Shown in pieces: positions 53,263 through 64,000 of a stretch of DNA of 64,000 nucleotides (its first letter is position 1; every line of letters begins with the position of its first letter). The notes beneath the pieces were generated by a model. It saw only the letters and a list, made by a program, of their open reading frames with translations. It made no database searches and was not told the DNA's origin. Position numbers and translations under genes: made by a program. Origin of the DNA: a virus (taxonomy: Duplodnaviria > Heunggongvirae > Uroviricota > Caudoviricetes); the IMG/VR virus record IMGVR_UViG_3300013936_000289, positions 280,064 through 344,063 of that record. One strand, given 5' to 3'.

Positions 53263-55827
53263 ATGGTAAAAGTAAAGTTAAAAACTAATAAAACTCGAGT
53301 ATATGAAGCATATTCAAATAATACTGTTAAACAAACAATGGGTATTAAGTTGAAGACTGCTGAAGAAAAACAACGAGAACTTCAAGGATTATGGGGAAGA
53401 CTCATGAAAAAGAAGAGTATTGATATACGAAAGTTATATAAAGGGAAAACAATGGCAGATATGGGTATGGCAATACCTGTTGCTAAAATGCGTGTTCCTG
53501 TAAAAGTGAAGATAACTGATGCAATAACCGGTGTTCAAACAGAAGAGGAAATAGTTCCTGCAGAGATTGCTCAATTTTGCGAAATGGCAAAGACGCAAGC
53601 TGCAAGTACAAGGGAATTAGGACCAATTCTTGGACGATTTAATAAACCTATTTTATGGACATTTAATATTGATACTGCGGCAAGTGATGGTGTACGTATT
53701 GCGTTTAATCCTATATTTGCTGAACAACTTTTATATAAAGGAAAAGGACAAGTAAAGGAAATGCTTGCACAAGGTAAACGCATGTCGTCTAATGATAGAA
53801 TTATTACTATGGCACGTTTAGTATTATATGTTATTTGTCATGAGGCATATCATCAAATATATAGACATAGAGAACAAGCTGAAAGAAAAACAGAAACACA
53901 AGGAGGAAAGAATCATCAATTGGCAAATATTGCCATGGATGCAGAGATTAATAGAGATCTTGAAAAACAAATTCCTAAATATTTTGCAGGTGCAACTGCA
54001 GAATGTGAGGGTATATTTGATGATAGATTCCGAATGGAACCATGGCAATTAATTTTTGATGCTTATTTCTATAATAAGGTTTCTACACCAAATCAACCTA
54101 TTAATCAAAATCCTGTTAATAATCAACAACAGCAAGGACAACAAGGTCAAGGTAGTGGTAGTTCACAACAGCAACAAGGACAAGGTGGACAATCCGGACA
54201 GCAAGATGGTCAACAAGGACAATCTGGAAGTCAATCACAATCAGGACAACAAGGTCAGAGTGAACAATCTAGTCAGTCTGGAAGTCAAAGTGATTCTGGA
54301 AATCAGTCAGGTCAATCTGGACAACAGCAATCTGGCGACGGTAGTCAACAAGGAGGTTCATCAAATTATGATGATACAGATTTAAGTGCAGCTGATCCAG
54401 ATACAATGTCTGATTATGGTATGGATCAAATGCCTGATAATACAAATAAATCTAGTGAATATCAAGATGCTTATAATGATGAAGTAAAGAAAGAATTAGA
54501 TAAAGCAATGGGTAAAGGTTCTGGTAGTGGTGATGAAGATTCAGATGATAATCAGAATGGTAATGGTTCAGGTGATGATCAAGAAGGAGATAATTCAGGA
54601 AATGATTCACAAACTGGTAATGGAAATCAATCAGGAGAACAAGGAAATGAACGAGGTAATTCTCAATCTGGTAATAGTTCGTCTGATAATGATGGTTCAT
54701 CAATGAATGGTGATATGTCTGATCAAGGTTCAACTGGCAATTCAAAATCCGGTAGAAATTCTGGACAAATGTCTGCAGAAGAAAAAGCTGCACGTGAACA
54801 AGCGCGTAAGGATGTCAAGAACGCTATTGATGATATGAAAAATAAAATCGATAGAGATATGCAAGCGGGACCTAATGAGGAAGAAGTTCAGAAACAATTG
54901 GAAGGTAAAGAATTTGATACTACTACATCTTCTACATTTGGTGGCGCCGATATGTTGTCACAAGAACAAATGGCAGAAATTGCAAAAGAATCTGGTGATC
55001 CTTATACAGCTGAAGAATTAACATGTGATCCTAAAGAATTATCAAGAAAGTATAATGAAGAACACATGGATCAGTTAAGAAATATTTCTCCTGATTTAGC
55101 AAATAAACTTAATGATATTGCAGATAAATTAAAGAATATGCAATCATTGGCTAACTGGAAACAAAAGTTAAGAAAACATTTCACAGCTGCAATGGAAGCG
55201 GGAACACAAATGAAACGTTCGAAAAGAACAATGTCACAATCATGGCGTGATGATAGATTCAATCCATATAAGAAAGTTCCATTTGAAGAAAACAATGCGG
55301 CTAATATATTTTATCTTATAGATAATTCAGGTTCTATGTATGGTAATGGAAATGGAATATTCTATCAGATATTCAAGGAAATTTGTACAATGGAGAAAAC
55401 ATGTAAGGTATTGAATTCTGCCAGAGCATATTTTACAACAGGCCGTATTCTTCCTGAAAATGTAGCAATGTGGAATATTAAGACACCTATAAAGAAACGT
55501 CTTGAACTTCTTGGAGATCGTGGTGGTTCTGGTGGTACAGATATTCCTGGTAATACTATAAGTGTTACAAAACTTAAGAAACCATATTATTACGATAATG
55601 GAGAGAAACATACAACAATAATTGTATTTACAGATGGTGAAGATACAGGTTGGGAACAACTTAAATTAATTCCATCAAAAATAAGAAAAGATGTTGTTTT
55701 TGTTGTATTTAATCAAAATGTCAAGTTTATATTAAAGACTTTTGCAGAAATGCAGAAATTAGGAGGTATATCATTAAAGAATTTAATTGGTATTGATACT
55801 TCTAAATTTGGTAAACGTGGTATTTAA
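53263..55827 (+). CDS. HExxH metallopeptidase-like plus vWA domain protein (DUF2201-like) with Q/G/S/N-rich linker
   Basis: TAASDG, CHEAYH, N.AMD.EIN; LIDNSGSM MIDAS, GGSGGTD, VFTDG. Confidence 0.85.
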   Translation: MVKVKLKTNKTRVYEAYSNNTVKQTMGIKLKTAEEKQRELQGLWGRLMKKKSIDIRKLYKGKTMADMGMAIPVAKMRVPVKVKITDAITGVQTEEEIVPAEIAQFCEMAKTQAASTRELGPILGRFNKPILWTFNIDTAASDGVRIAFNPIFAEQLLYKGKGQVKEMLAQGKRMSSNDRIITMARLVLYVICHEAYHQIYRHREQAERKTETQGGKNHQLANIAMDAEINRDLEKQIPKYFAGATAECEGIFDDRFRMEPWQLIFDAYFYNKVSTPNQPINQNPVNNQQQQGQQGQGSGSSQQQQGQGGQSGQQDGQQGQSGSQSQSGQQGQSEQSSQSGSQSDSGNQSGQSGQQQSGDGSQQGGSSNYDDTDLSAADPDTMSDYGMDQMPDNTNKSSEYQDAYNDEVKKELDKAMGKGSGSGDEDSDDNQNGNGSGDDQEGDNSGNDSQTGNGNQSGEQGNERGNSQSGNSSSDNDGSSMNGDMSDQGSTGNSKSGRNSGQMSAEEKAAREQARKDVKNAIDDMKNKIDRDMQAGPNEEEVQKQLEGKEFDTTTSSTFGGADMLSQEQMAEIAKESGDPYTAEELTCDPKELSRKYNEEHMDQLRNISPDLANKLNDIADKLKNMQSLANWKQKLRKHFTAAMEAGTQMKRSKRTMSQSWRDDRFNPYKKVPFEENNAANIFYLIDNSGSMYGNGNGIFYQIFKEICTMEKTCKVLNSARAYFTTGRILPENVAMWNIKTPIKKRLELLGDRGGSGGTDIPGNTISVTKLKKPYYYDNGEKHTTIIVFTDGEDTGWEQLKLIPSKIRKDVVFVVFNQNVKFILKTFAEMQKLGGISLKNLIGIDTSKFGKRGI

Positions 55828-55839
55828 AAAATTAAATGA

Positions 55840-56463
55840 ATGAGTAAAAATATATTATTATTTCCGGGTGGTTTTAAACCATTTCATGATGGACATTTAT
55901 CTATATTAAGGTCACATATCTTTAATACAGATAATGTTCATATTGATGAAGCACGTATTTATATTTCATATAAAGATAGAGATTCAATAACAGCAGATTC
56001 TAGTCTTTGGTTTTTAAATAGTATAAAAGATAAATTATCAGATTTATATAATACAGAAATAAAAGTGAATATATCTGAATATCCTGCACCTATTAGAAAA
56101 TGTTATAATGATGTTGGAAATTCTTTGAACAATGATAAATTCTGTTTAGTTACATCAGATAAAGGAACAGATATAAAACGTAAAGAAGAATTTTGTAATC
56201 TTTATTCAATTAATGGCAAATATTATAATAAAGATATAGGTATTAAAACTATATATATAAATGCAAATATAGAACCAATTCATTATATAAATAGAGATGA
56301 TGAATATAATAATGAATGTGTTTCATCAACTGTGATAAGAAATGATATAAAACATAAAGATTATGAAGAATTTAAAACTTCATATATCAATATGTTGAGT
56401 AATAATATAATAAGTGAACAATTATTGAAAGAATATTATAATAAATTAATTAATTTAAGTTAA
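55840..56463 (+). CDS. HIGH-motif nucleotidyltransferase (cytidylyltransferase-like)
   Basis: FPGGFKPFHDGH and VSSTVIRN motifs. Confidence 0.75.
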   Translation: MSKNILLFPGGFKPFHDGHLSILRSHIFNTDNVHIDEARIYISYKDRDSITADSSLWFLNSIKDKLSDLYNTEIKVNISEYPAPIRKCYNDVGNSLNNDKFCLVTSDKGTDIKRKEEFCNLYSINGKYYNKDIGIKTIYINANIEPIHYINRDDEYNNECVSSTVIRNDIKHKDYEEFKTSYINMLSNNIISEQLLKEYYNKLINLS

Positions 56464-56523
56464 TTTATAGTAATTTTTCAATAAGATAAATAATAAAAAA
56501 GAAAATAATTCTATTTATATAAT

Positions 56524-58731
56524 ATGAAAAGAAAACTTAATGAAAGTTATGCATTTCCTGTAAAGATTGATGTTGTATAGCTTGTTCATGATTATCCTGA
56601 ACTTCAAGGTAATATGGATGATTTGGCTACACATATTGAAGATACGAATGCAGACGCTACAGTATCAAAGGAAGAGGATGGAGATACCGTATATATGGTA
56701 ATTGACGGACTTACACAAGATGATATTATTGATATTTTTGAAGACGAATATAATATTGATGATGTTGATACTTATTTTACATATGACGACGCAGATGATG
56801 AACTTGACGATGTAGAGTCTGATGATGATGCACGTGCTGCAGCTGAAGCAGATATGGAAGATGAGTATGGCGATGATTATCAAGATATGGATGAAGACTA
56901 TGGCCTTGATGATGAAGGTGAATGGCTTGATATTCCAGAAGATGATGATGCAAGAGATACAGCTATTGATGATATGAAGGATGAATATGGTGATGATTAT
57001 GTAGATATGGATGAGTCTATTGATGATGACTATCTTGATGACGAAGATGATTATGATGATATGATTCCAGATTATGATGAGGTAGATCCTAATGATCCAG
57101 ATGCATTGGATGCAAGAGATGATGCATATGCAGATATGGATGCAGAAGGTGAACTTGATGATGATGATGATCTTTATGATGAGACATATGAAGATGCAGA
57201 TGAAGAATTTGCAGATGAAGATTCTTTGAATGATTCAGATGATGAATTTGATGAATGCATGGAAGATGAAGAGTTTGAGTGCTATGAATCAAAGAATGAT
57301 CGTCGTTTAAAAAGAAAGAAGCTTCTTGAGAAAAAGAAAGGATGTTGTCCAGGAAAGAGAAGAAATGGTAAACGTCTTGTAAATCTTTCTGAAGCATTGA
57401 AGATGAGAAAGAATGGACTTACCACAAAGGATATTGTAAAATCTGCAAAGAAAACAACACTTAATGAATCTATTATTAATCGTGCAATTAATAAAGCTAA
57501 GAGTGAACCTGTTAATAAAAACGCAAAACTTCAACAGAAAAGAAGAGAACTTCTTGCATTAAAGGAATCAATTGGTTCAGAGAAGTTTGAGTTCATTCGT
57601 AAAGCAATGAAGTCTGGTAAGAAGAATCTTTATGAGAAGAAAACTATTAATGGTAAGAATATTACAGAATATACAGCAAAAGAACTTCTTGAATTGTTAA
57701 ATACCGTTAAAGCACAGCATACAAAACTTATGAAATCTTATAAGTCTTTGAATGAGTCTGCTTCTAAATCAACAAAGAGAGAACTTCGTGATTCAATTCT
57801 TAATAAAGAAAAGTTAATGAATATTCTTGATGAAGAACTTACATACCGTTTAACATATAAGAAATTAATTAAAGCTAAAGGTCTTAAGTTGAATGAGGAT
57901 GAAGAAACACAAGATAATCCATTGGAACCATTACCAGTAGATCCAACAGGTTCAGATGATGCAAGTGATGATGCTGATAATGCAGATGATAGTTCAACGG
58001 ATAAAGCTGATGATTCATCTACAGATGAAAATCCAGATACAGATGAAGAAGTTGAGTTATCACGTGTTGTAATTACAGTTGCAAATCAAGCAGCAGCAGA
58101 TGAGCTTAAGCAATCTCTTGTAGATGCTGGTGTTCCAGATGATGCTATTGAGTTTGAAGATGAAGATGATGAAACTGATGATTCTGAAGATGATAGTGAG
58201 TCAACAGATGACAATGCAGATGATATATCTTCTGATGATGAAAATTCAGATGATTCAACTGATACAGATGATAATGCATCAAATGAGTCTTTACATTATA
58301 ATAAGTTCAAGAAATTACTTGAAGATGATAATGATGATTCTTCTGATGATGCAAATGCAGATGATTCAGACGACAGTGATTCAGATTCTGATGATGCAAA
58401 TGCAGATGATTCAACAGATGATAATGTAGATGGTGATGATAAACCAGTTAAAGTTGTTTTAACAAATACAGATTATGTAAATGATCTTGCAGATGTTTTG
58501 AATAACGAATATGGTATTACTAAAGAAGAATTTGAAGATATGATTGGTGGACAAATTGTTGATGACGATTCCGATTCAACAGATGATAATGAGTCTTCAG
58601 ATGATAGTGATTCAGATTCTGATGAAGATAAATCAGATGATAAGAAAGACGATGAACCATCTACAAATGGTGATGATGCAGTAGATGCAATGTCACAAGA
58701 AGAATTAGATAAGTTATTCGGTGGAAATTAA
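56524..58731 (+). CDS. very acidic putative head scaffold/internal protein, 735 aa (code 15)
   Basis: Start MKRKLNESY found upstream across one TAG; D/E-rich blocks; many LNE/xNES sites. Confidence 0.7.
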
Positions 58732-59166
58732 TTTGTAAAAAAATATTTTTGAAAATTAGATAAATATATAGATATAGAAAAAAACTAAGAAAAAACGTTT
58801 GCTCGTTTTTCAATTAGTTTTCATTTTTCTAAATTATTTAGATTTAAGAGAGACTGTACGTGATGTATCGTCTCTCTTTTTATTTTAGACATTTTACAAT
58901 AAATATTATATAATAATTAAAATAAGTTTTCTAAATACTATGTTTACGTTTATTAATATTTTAAGTACGAATTCAGATGGAATTCATATATACTCTTATA
59001 AAGAAATTAAGAAGCTTTATAAGTTTTACCTGTATTTGTTCCGTCCAAAAGTTTGGACTATGTATAAAATATTTTATAAAATACGGAAAAATATAGTTAA
59101 CAGAATTAATAACTTATTTTAATAAATGAAGGTGAATAACAACAAATCTGTTATTCACCTTTTATT

Positions 59167-60204
59167 TTATAACCAGTACATATTTTTATAACCGGATTGA
59201 TAATATTTATATTTATAATCAGGATGTAATTCTGTATAAAATTGTTTTACTATATCGCCTCTGAATTTTATTTTTCTCTATTTTGTCTTATCATTAAACA
59301 ACTATGCGTTATACATTTTAGTATTATGATTTGGTAATATTAATGTATCTGTATTTATATTCGGACATTTATCTATTTTTAATTTCAATAGCTGTACCAT
59401 TTTTGAATTATCATTAATTTCTATATTTGATAATTTTTTGCAACTTTTTATTAATAATGAACCTTCTGTATAATTATTAATATTATAATTTATATTTAAA
59501 TCTGTTAACTAATTACAATTTGTTATTTCTAATGGATAACCATATGTCATATTTGGTAAATTTAATGAATTAATATGTAATTTATTTAATAATACATATT
59601 TGATATTTAAATAATTATGATTACCCGACTATAATAAAGAAATTAATTCATGTCCTATAACTTTACAATTATTTAATATTAATCCTATTGAATATGATTT
59701 TTGCTATACGTTTTCATGTTCATATAAATGGAAATTATTTAAAAAATTATGTGGTATTGTTATATCATTTAATATATATGTTATATAATTATAAATATCA
59801 TATTTACCATCATCCACTGGATATTGTATTATAATATTATAAGTATTAATGAAATCCATTAATTCCTATGTTGTTATAAAATAACAGAAAAGTCCAGAAT
59901 ATTTTAGTCCTGTTGGATACCCTGTTGTATATCCGCCATTTTTAGATGCTTCGGTTATAAATTTATAATCAGTTCCATTAATATTATATGTTTCTATTTT
60001 ACTAAATACAGGATATTCTAATAAATTATATTTACCTAATTTTTGGTTACTATATAATTCATTAAACTTTTCCAATAGATAATCATCAATATATAAGTCT
60101 GATATACTATTTGTATTTCCATTGGATAATATATCATCTGTATCATCAAATAAAGATTCATTTAAACATTTATATATAGATTTATCAAAGCTGAATTTTT
60201 TCAT
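59167..60204 (-). CDS. putative virion protein with LNES leader and LRR-like C-terminus, 345 aa (code 15)
   Basis: KCLNESLFDD; frame traced codon by codon to TAA at 59167. Confidence 0.7.
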
Positions 60205-60276
60205 TTATTATTAACATAAAAATTTTACATATAATATTTATAAGTGATAAATAACTAAAATGAAAACAATTAAATA

Positions 60277-60672
60277 ATGAGTAAGGAAACTGCATCAAAT
60301 AATGTATATGGCATACCAATGTTTAATGCTCATAAATTCTCTCCAGTTGAAATCTTTTCAAATAATAACGGAAAGACAAGTTCAACAAAAGTAGTAGGAT
60401 TTATAGCATCATGCGTATGTTTATTTTTATTTGTAATTCTCGTTGGATATTATTTTATTAATCCTGGAGAATGTGCAAATATTTTAGAATTTATAGATAG
60501 AACAATTACATATTTTACTGTATCAGCTGGTCTTATGGGTATTAAATCTATTACAAGTTCATTTGGTAAGAGTAAATTAGAAATTGTATAGCAACCAAAG
60601 AAAAATACTTCAAATAAACCAGAACAATTAGAAGGTGAAGATAATACAGGAAGCAGTGATACATGTGAATGA
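60277..60672 (+). CDS. two-TM membrane protein (holin-like candidate), 131 aa (code 15)
   Basis: KTSSTKVVGFIAS TM1, second TM, charged tail after TAG; ends TGA. Confidence 0.6.
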
Positions 60673-60710
60673 TAATTAATAAACTAATAATATAATATCC
60701 AATATAATAA

Positions 60711-60923
60711 ATGAATATTTATGTTTTATATATATTGAATATTTATGGATTAAGTCGACGGAAGAATTTAGTTTATAAATTATGTATATAAAATTTAGAT
60801 TAATTCATATCTTTAAAAAGATAAGATTTAGATAATTATCTTTCTATATATCATATATAGTTTTCTTAGGTTAACTTCACATATATTATAAAATTCATAT
60901 ATGTTATTAAGTTAAATATCTAA
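60711..60923 (+). repeat. dispersed ~213-bp repeat, copy 2
   Basis: Inverted relative to 12204-12417; both follow a TA(G/A)ACT-N17-TATAA(T/A) promoter. Confidence 0.85.
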
Positions 60924-61140
60924 TTATAAGGATAAAACTAATATTGGATAAATTTACTTCATGATTCAATTCATTAAGAAATGTTGGTATTGGTTCATCG
61001 GTATATTTACCAGTAAAGATGAAAATATACCGGATGAACATACCGATATAAATAAAGAAAATAATTTAGAAAAAAATAATATTAATGTCATATCTGTAAA
61101 GGTACGATATGTAAAAGAAAAAGAAAACTAATTTGGAAAT

Positions 61141-62259
61141 ATGGCAAAGTTTTATTAGCACATGCAACCAGGTGATACACTTGGTAAAATTACAAAACTT
61201 AAATATATCGACGATATATCTGATGATGAGTTAACACTTTATGTGTTTGAAGATCAAACAAAATGTGATGAATCTTATATTGCGGAAGTCAATAATATGG
61301 ACGCGTTTAATGGACAATTTGTTATGTCTGAATTATCATCTCCACTTAATAAATGGGATTTTAAAACATATGAGTTTAATTTAAATGAGACAAAAACTGT
61401 TTATGATAAAGATGGTAATCCATATGAAGTTCCTCAACCTGGTATTGGAATGAATGGTGAACATATAAGTGTTGGAATTAATAGCGAAGGCAAATCAACA
61501 TCAAGAACAATAGGAAATGAAGGAAAAAGAACAGATGCAACTCCACCTACTTTTGTGAAAAATCCGAAGGTAGAAGATAAAGAAAATTATTTACTTTCAT
61601 TACATCCTGAATTGTTGAATGGTAGTAAACCAGTTAATAAATCTGCTGATAATGTAACATTTGGTACTGTAGTAAAGAAAACAGAACCAACAATTACAGC
61701 AAATAAAAAAGAAATTGTTAATGAAATTACAGCACCAGTTGAAAAACAAGTTATAACTACAGGAAAAATTCAGACAGACTCACCTATAACAACATCTGTT
61801 ATAGAAACAGTACGACACGCAAGTATTACAATTAATCTCGATAATATTAATTCAAATTCTGAATATGATAAGATTAATGTAATATCAAATGGTAAGACAA
61901 CCGAACTTTCTATAGAACAATTTATTTCAAGGTTAAATAATGAGGTTACAGTAAAAACTGAAAAGAAAGTTTCGCCTTATGAAGATCCAAATTATACAGA
62001 AGATATTCTTATCACTAATATGATTGATAAGAGTAAGAAGAAAGTATATACCATTGGTGTTGATGTTGAACTTGAACTTCCACCTAAGGAAGTTTACAAG
62101 ACTATAAAGGATGTATATCCTGATGGAATGTCAGAACATTTTGTTACCAGTATATCAAGAAGAGTTGATAATAATATGTTAAAGGAAGCGTTAGCAAAAG
62201 GTTTAACTGATTATTATGAGACTTCATTGTCAGATAATAAAAATCAAAGTACTGAATAA
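61141..62259 (+). CDS. hypothetical protein, 372 aa (code 15)
   Basis: MAKFY(Q)HMQPGD...; ORF track plus a 7-codon extension. Confidence 0.75.
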
Positions 62260-62313
62260 TTGTTAATAAATATTTGGTAATTTTAATTAAAAACTAACCA
62301 TTTAATAACTCTA

Positions 62314-62766
62314 ATGAATATATACGTAACAACTGAATCTGAAAATAAACTAAGAATGTTATTCACTAACATTAAAAGTTTTTTTATTCTTGATGTATAG
62401 TCGTTCGTAAATAGTTTTAAACTGGATCTAAACAAATAGTCAAATATATATTTCGTTAATACAGAAATTCTAAACGCTATTTAGCAAGCTTCTAAATTAA
62501 AGAAATATCAGGGGATTATTTATATTAATAAAAATTTAGATGAAAATTTATTGTTTAATATCTCGTCTAAATTTAAATAGATTAAGGAAATTAGCAAGAT
62601 TGTACTTTTGGATAATGGAATATTGCCAAAACATACAGACTTGTACGATTTGTGTGAAGAAGTATTTTTTTATGAACGTTTTTATAAGAATAAGATAATT
62701 GAATGTTAGGGAATTAAAAAAGATGATAGAGGGAAAACAACTCTAATAATGAATGATGATAAATGA
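62314..62766 (+). CDS. hypothetical protein, 150 aa (code 15)
   Basis: Manual translation across several TAGs to TGA. Confidence 0.6.
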
Positions 62767-62806
62767 ACAAAAATAAATAATATAAAATATTATTTATTTT
62801 TTAATT

Positions 62807-63520
62807 ATGATTATTTCAGTTCCAGAATATAAGAAAATAAGAAAATATAACAACACAAAAATCTCAAAGTTGAATGAATCTCTGTTTGATGATTTTGATG
62901 ATGAAGATGATGATTTTTTAGGGCTTGATAGTGATACAACACTGTCAGACAACATATCATCAGAATATGAAGAAACAGAAATAAAACCAAGAGTCGAACG
63001 AATTTTAGATGAACTTGATGTAGAGAACTATGAGATTAAATGTACAGGTCATGGTATTTTGGTGGATGTCCATGATAATTTATACCTTTCTAATAAAGGA
63101 TTAAATAGAATGGGAATGCAGTTATTTAAATTCGATGAGGTAGATGGCTCTTGTAACTATACAGGAAATAACTTACCTGATTGGACTGCATTCCCATATA
63201 TTATACATGGAAATCTCTATGCTAACTTTAACAATATTAAAACATTCGATGGTGTACCAAGAGTATTTGGTAAAATTATCGCTAATAAGTAGAATAAGAA
63301 AACCAAATATCCATTAACATAGGAAAACTATAATAAATTTAAACAAAATAAATTATAGGAAAATAAAGTTTATATTATATCTAAAGATAAATTTGGTACA
63401 TTACATTCTATACAAGAAAAAATGAATACATGTATTGTTAAGTTTGATAACAACATAAAGTAGAGATTTAACTTAAATGATGTTGAATATTTAGGAAATA
63501 TTGAAAACTTAATTATTTGA
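62807..63520 (+). CDS. putative virion protein with LNES leader and LRR-like repeats, 237 aa (code 15)
   Basis: KLNESLFDDFDD; extends across TAGs to TGA 63520. Confidence 0.7.
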
Positions 63521-63522
63521 AA

Positions 63523-64000
63523 ATGAATACGATTACATCAAAATCAGGAACTATATATTATGAGTATGATGACGATGATGTTTAGATTGAGTCAAACAAA
63601 AAATATTATAAATAGAATTTAAGATATAAAACATATTATGTCGGTGAACCAAGAAATGAAATATTTGTTTCTTGGCATGATTATTATGAAGTTGATTAGA
63701 ACGGAAATTTAACAAATACAAAAATATAGGTTGATTTATCATATAATGTTACAAATAAAACAACGGATGAAGTTAAGAGAAATTTATCATTTGATGAATT
63801 GGAAAAATATGTAAATTCTTTTACATAGAAACAGTTAGAAGATCAAAATGATAATTCATCAGAAGAATTTGTAAATACAACAGGACATACAGAGCAAACA
63901 GATGAAGACCTTGAAGAATATACAGGTGCTTCTATATTTGATGAATCTAATATTATAGAAGAAGATACATTTGGCGTAAAAATTTCTAATGATGAGTATC
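63523..64000 (+). CDS. hypothetical acidic protein, truncated by window (code 15)
   Basis: MNTITSKSGTIYYEYDDDDV(Q)IES..., frame appears open to the edge. Confidence 0.55.

Noticed and set aside
53571-58429. Opposite-strand and alternative-frame ORFs over long genes (e.g. 54056+, 54452-, 57089-, 58124+, 27147+, 36738+, 47878-)
   Set aside because: Shadow ORFs caused by low-complexity or biased codon usage of the real gene; no motifs and full overlap
56614-58731. GATGAT/GATGAA periodicity as a CRISPR array or tandem repeat
   Set aside because: It reflects Asp/Glu-rich coding; no repeat-spacer structure. No CRISPR array was seen anywhere in the window

Overview
AT-rich (roughly three-quarters AT) segment of a Bacteroidetes-infecting jumbo/megaphage, most consistent with a Lak-like Prevotella phage. 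It uses an alternative genetic code in which TAG = Gln (code 15). The supplied code-11 ORFs are fragments that join in frame across TAG into full genes: tail sheath (1253 aa), SbcC/gp46, M15 endolysin, baseplate spike, MoxR-like AAA ATPase and TnpB. From 4.3 to 14.5 kb there is a minus-strand tRNA island. It holds 16 uninterrupted canonical tRNAs, two tRNAs interrupted in the anticodon loop by inserts that themselves fold as tRNA-like molecules, a Ser-type tRNA body carrying a Trp anticodon, rare Leu(AAG) and Ile(TAT) anticodons, several oversized tRNA-like RNAs and four free-standing endonucleases. From 14.8 to 44.5 kb (mostly minus strand) are nucleotide-metabolism, SmpB, structural, primase and recombination genes. 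A strand switch with an AT-rich duplicated element lies at about 44.6-45.1 kb. From 45.2 to 64 kb (mostly plus strand) are a UvsY-like gene, a TnpB flanked by a synonymously recoded 54-bp duplication (guide versus self-protected target), ClpX, an AAA+/vWA pair and acidic putative virion proteins. All calls come from manual reading, translation and folding; no database searches were run.
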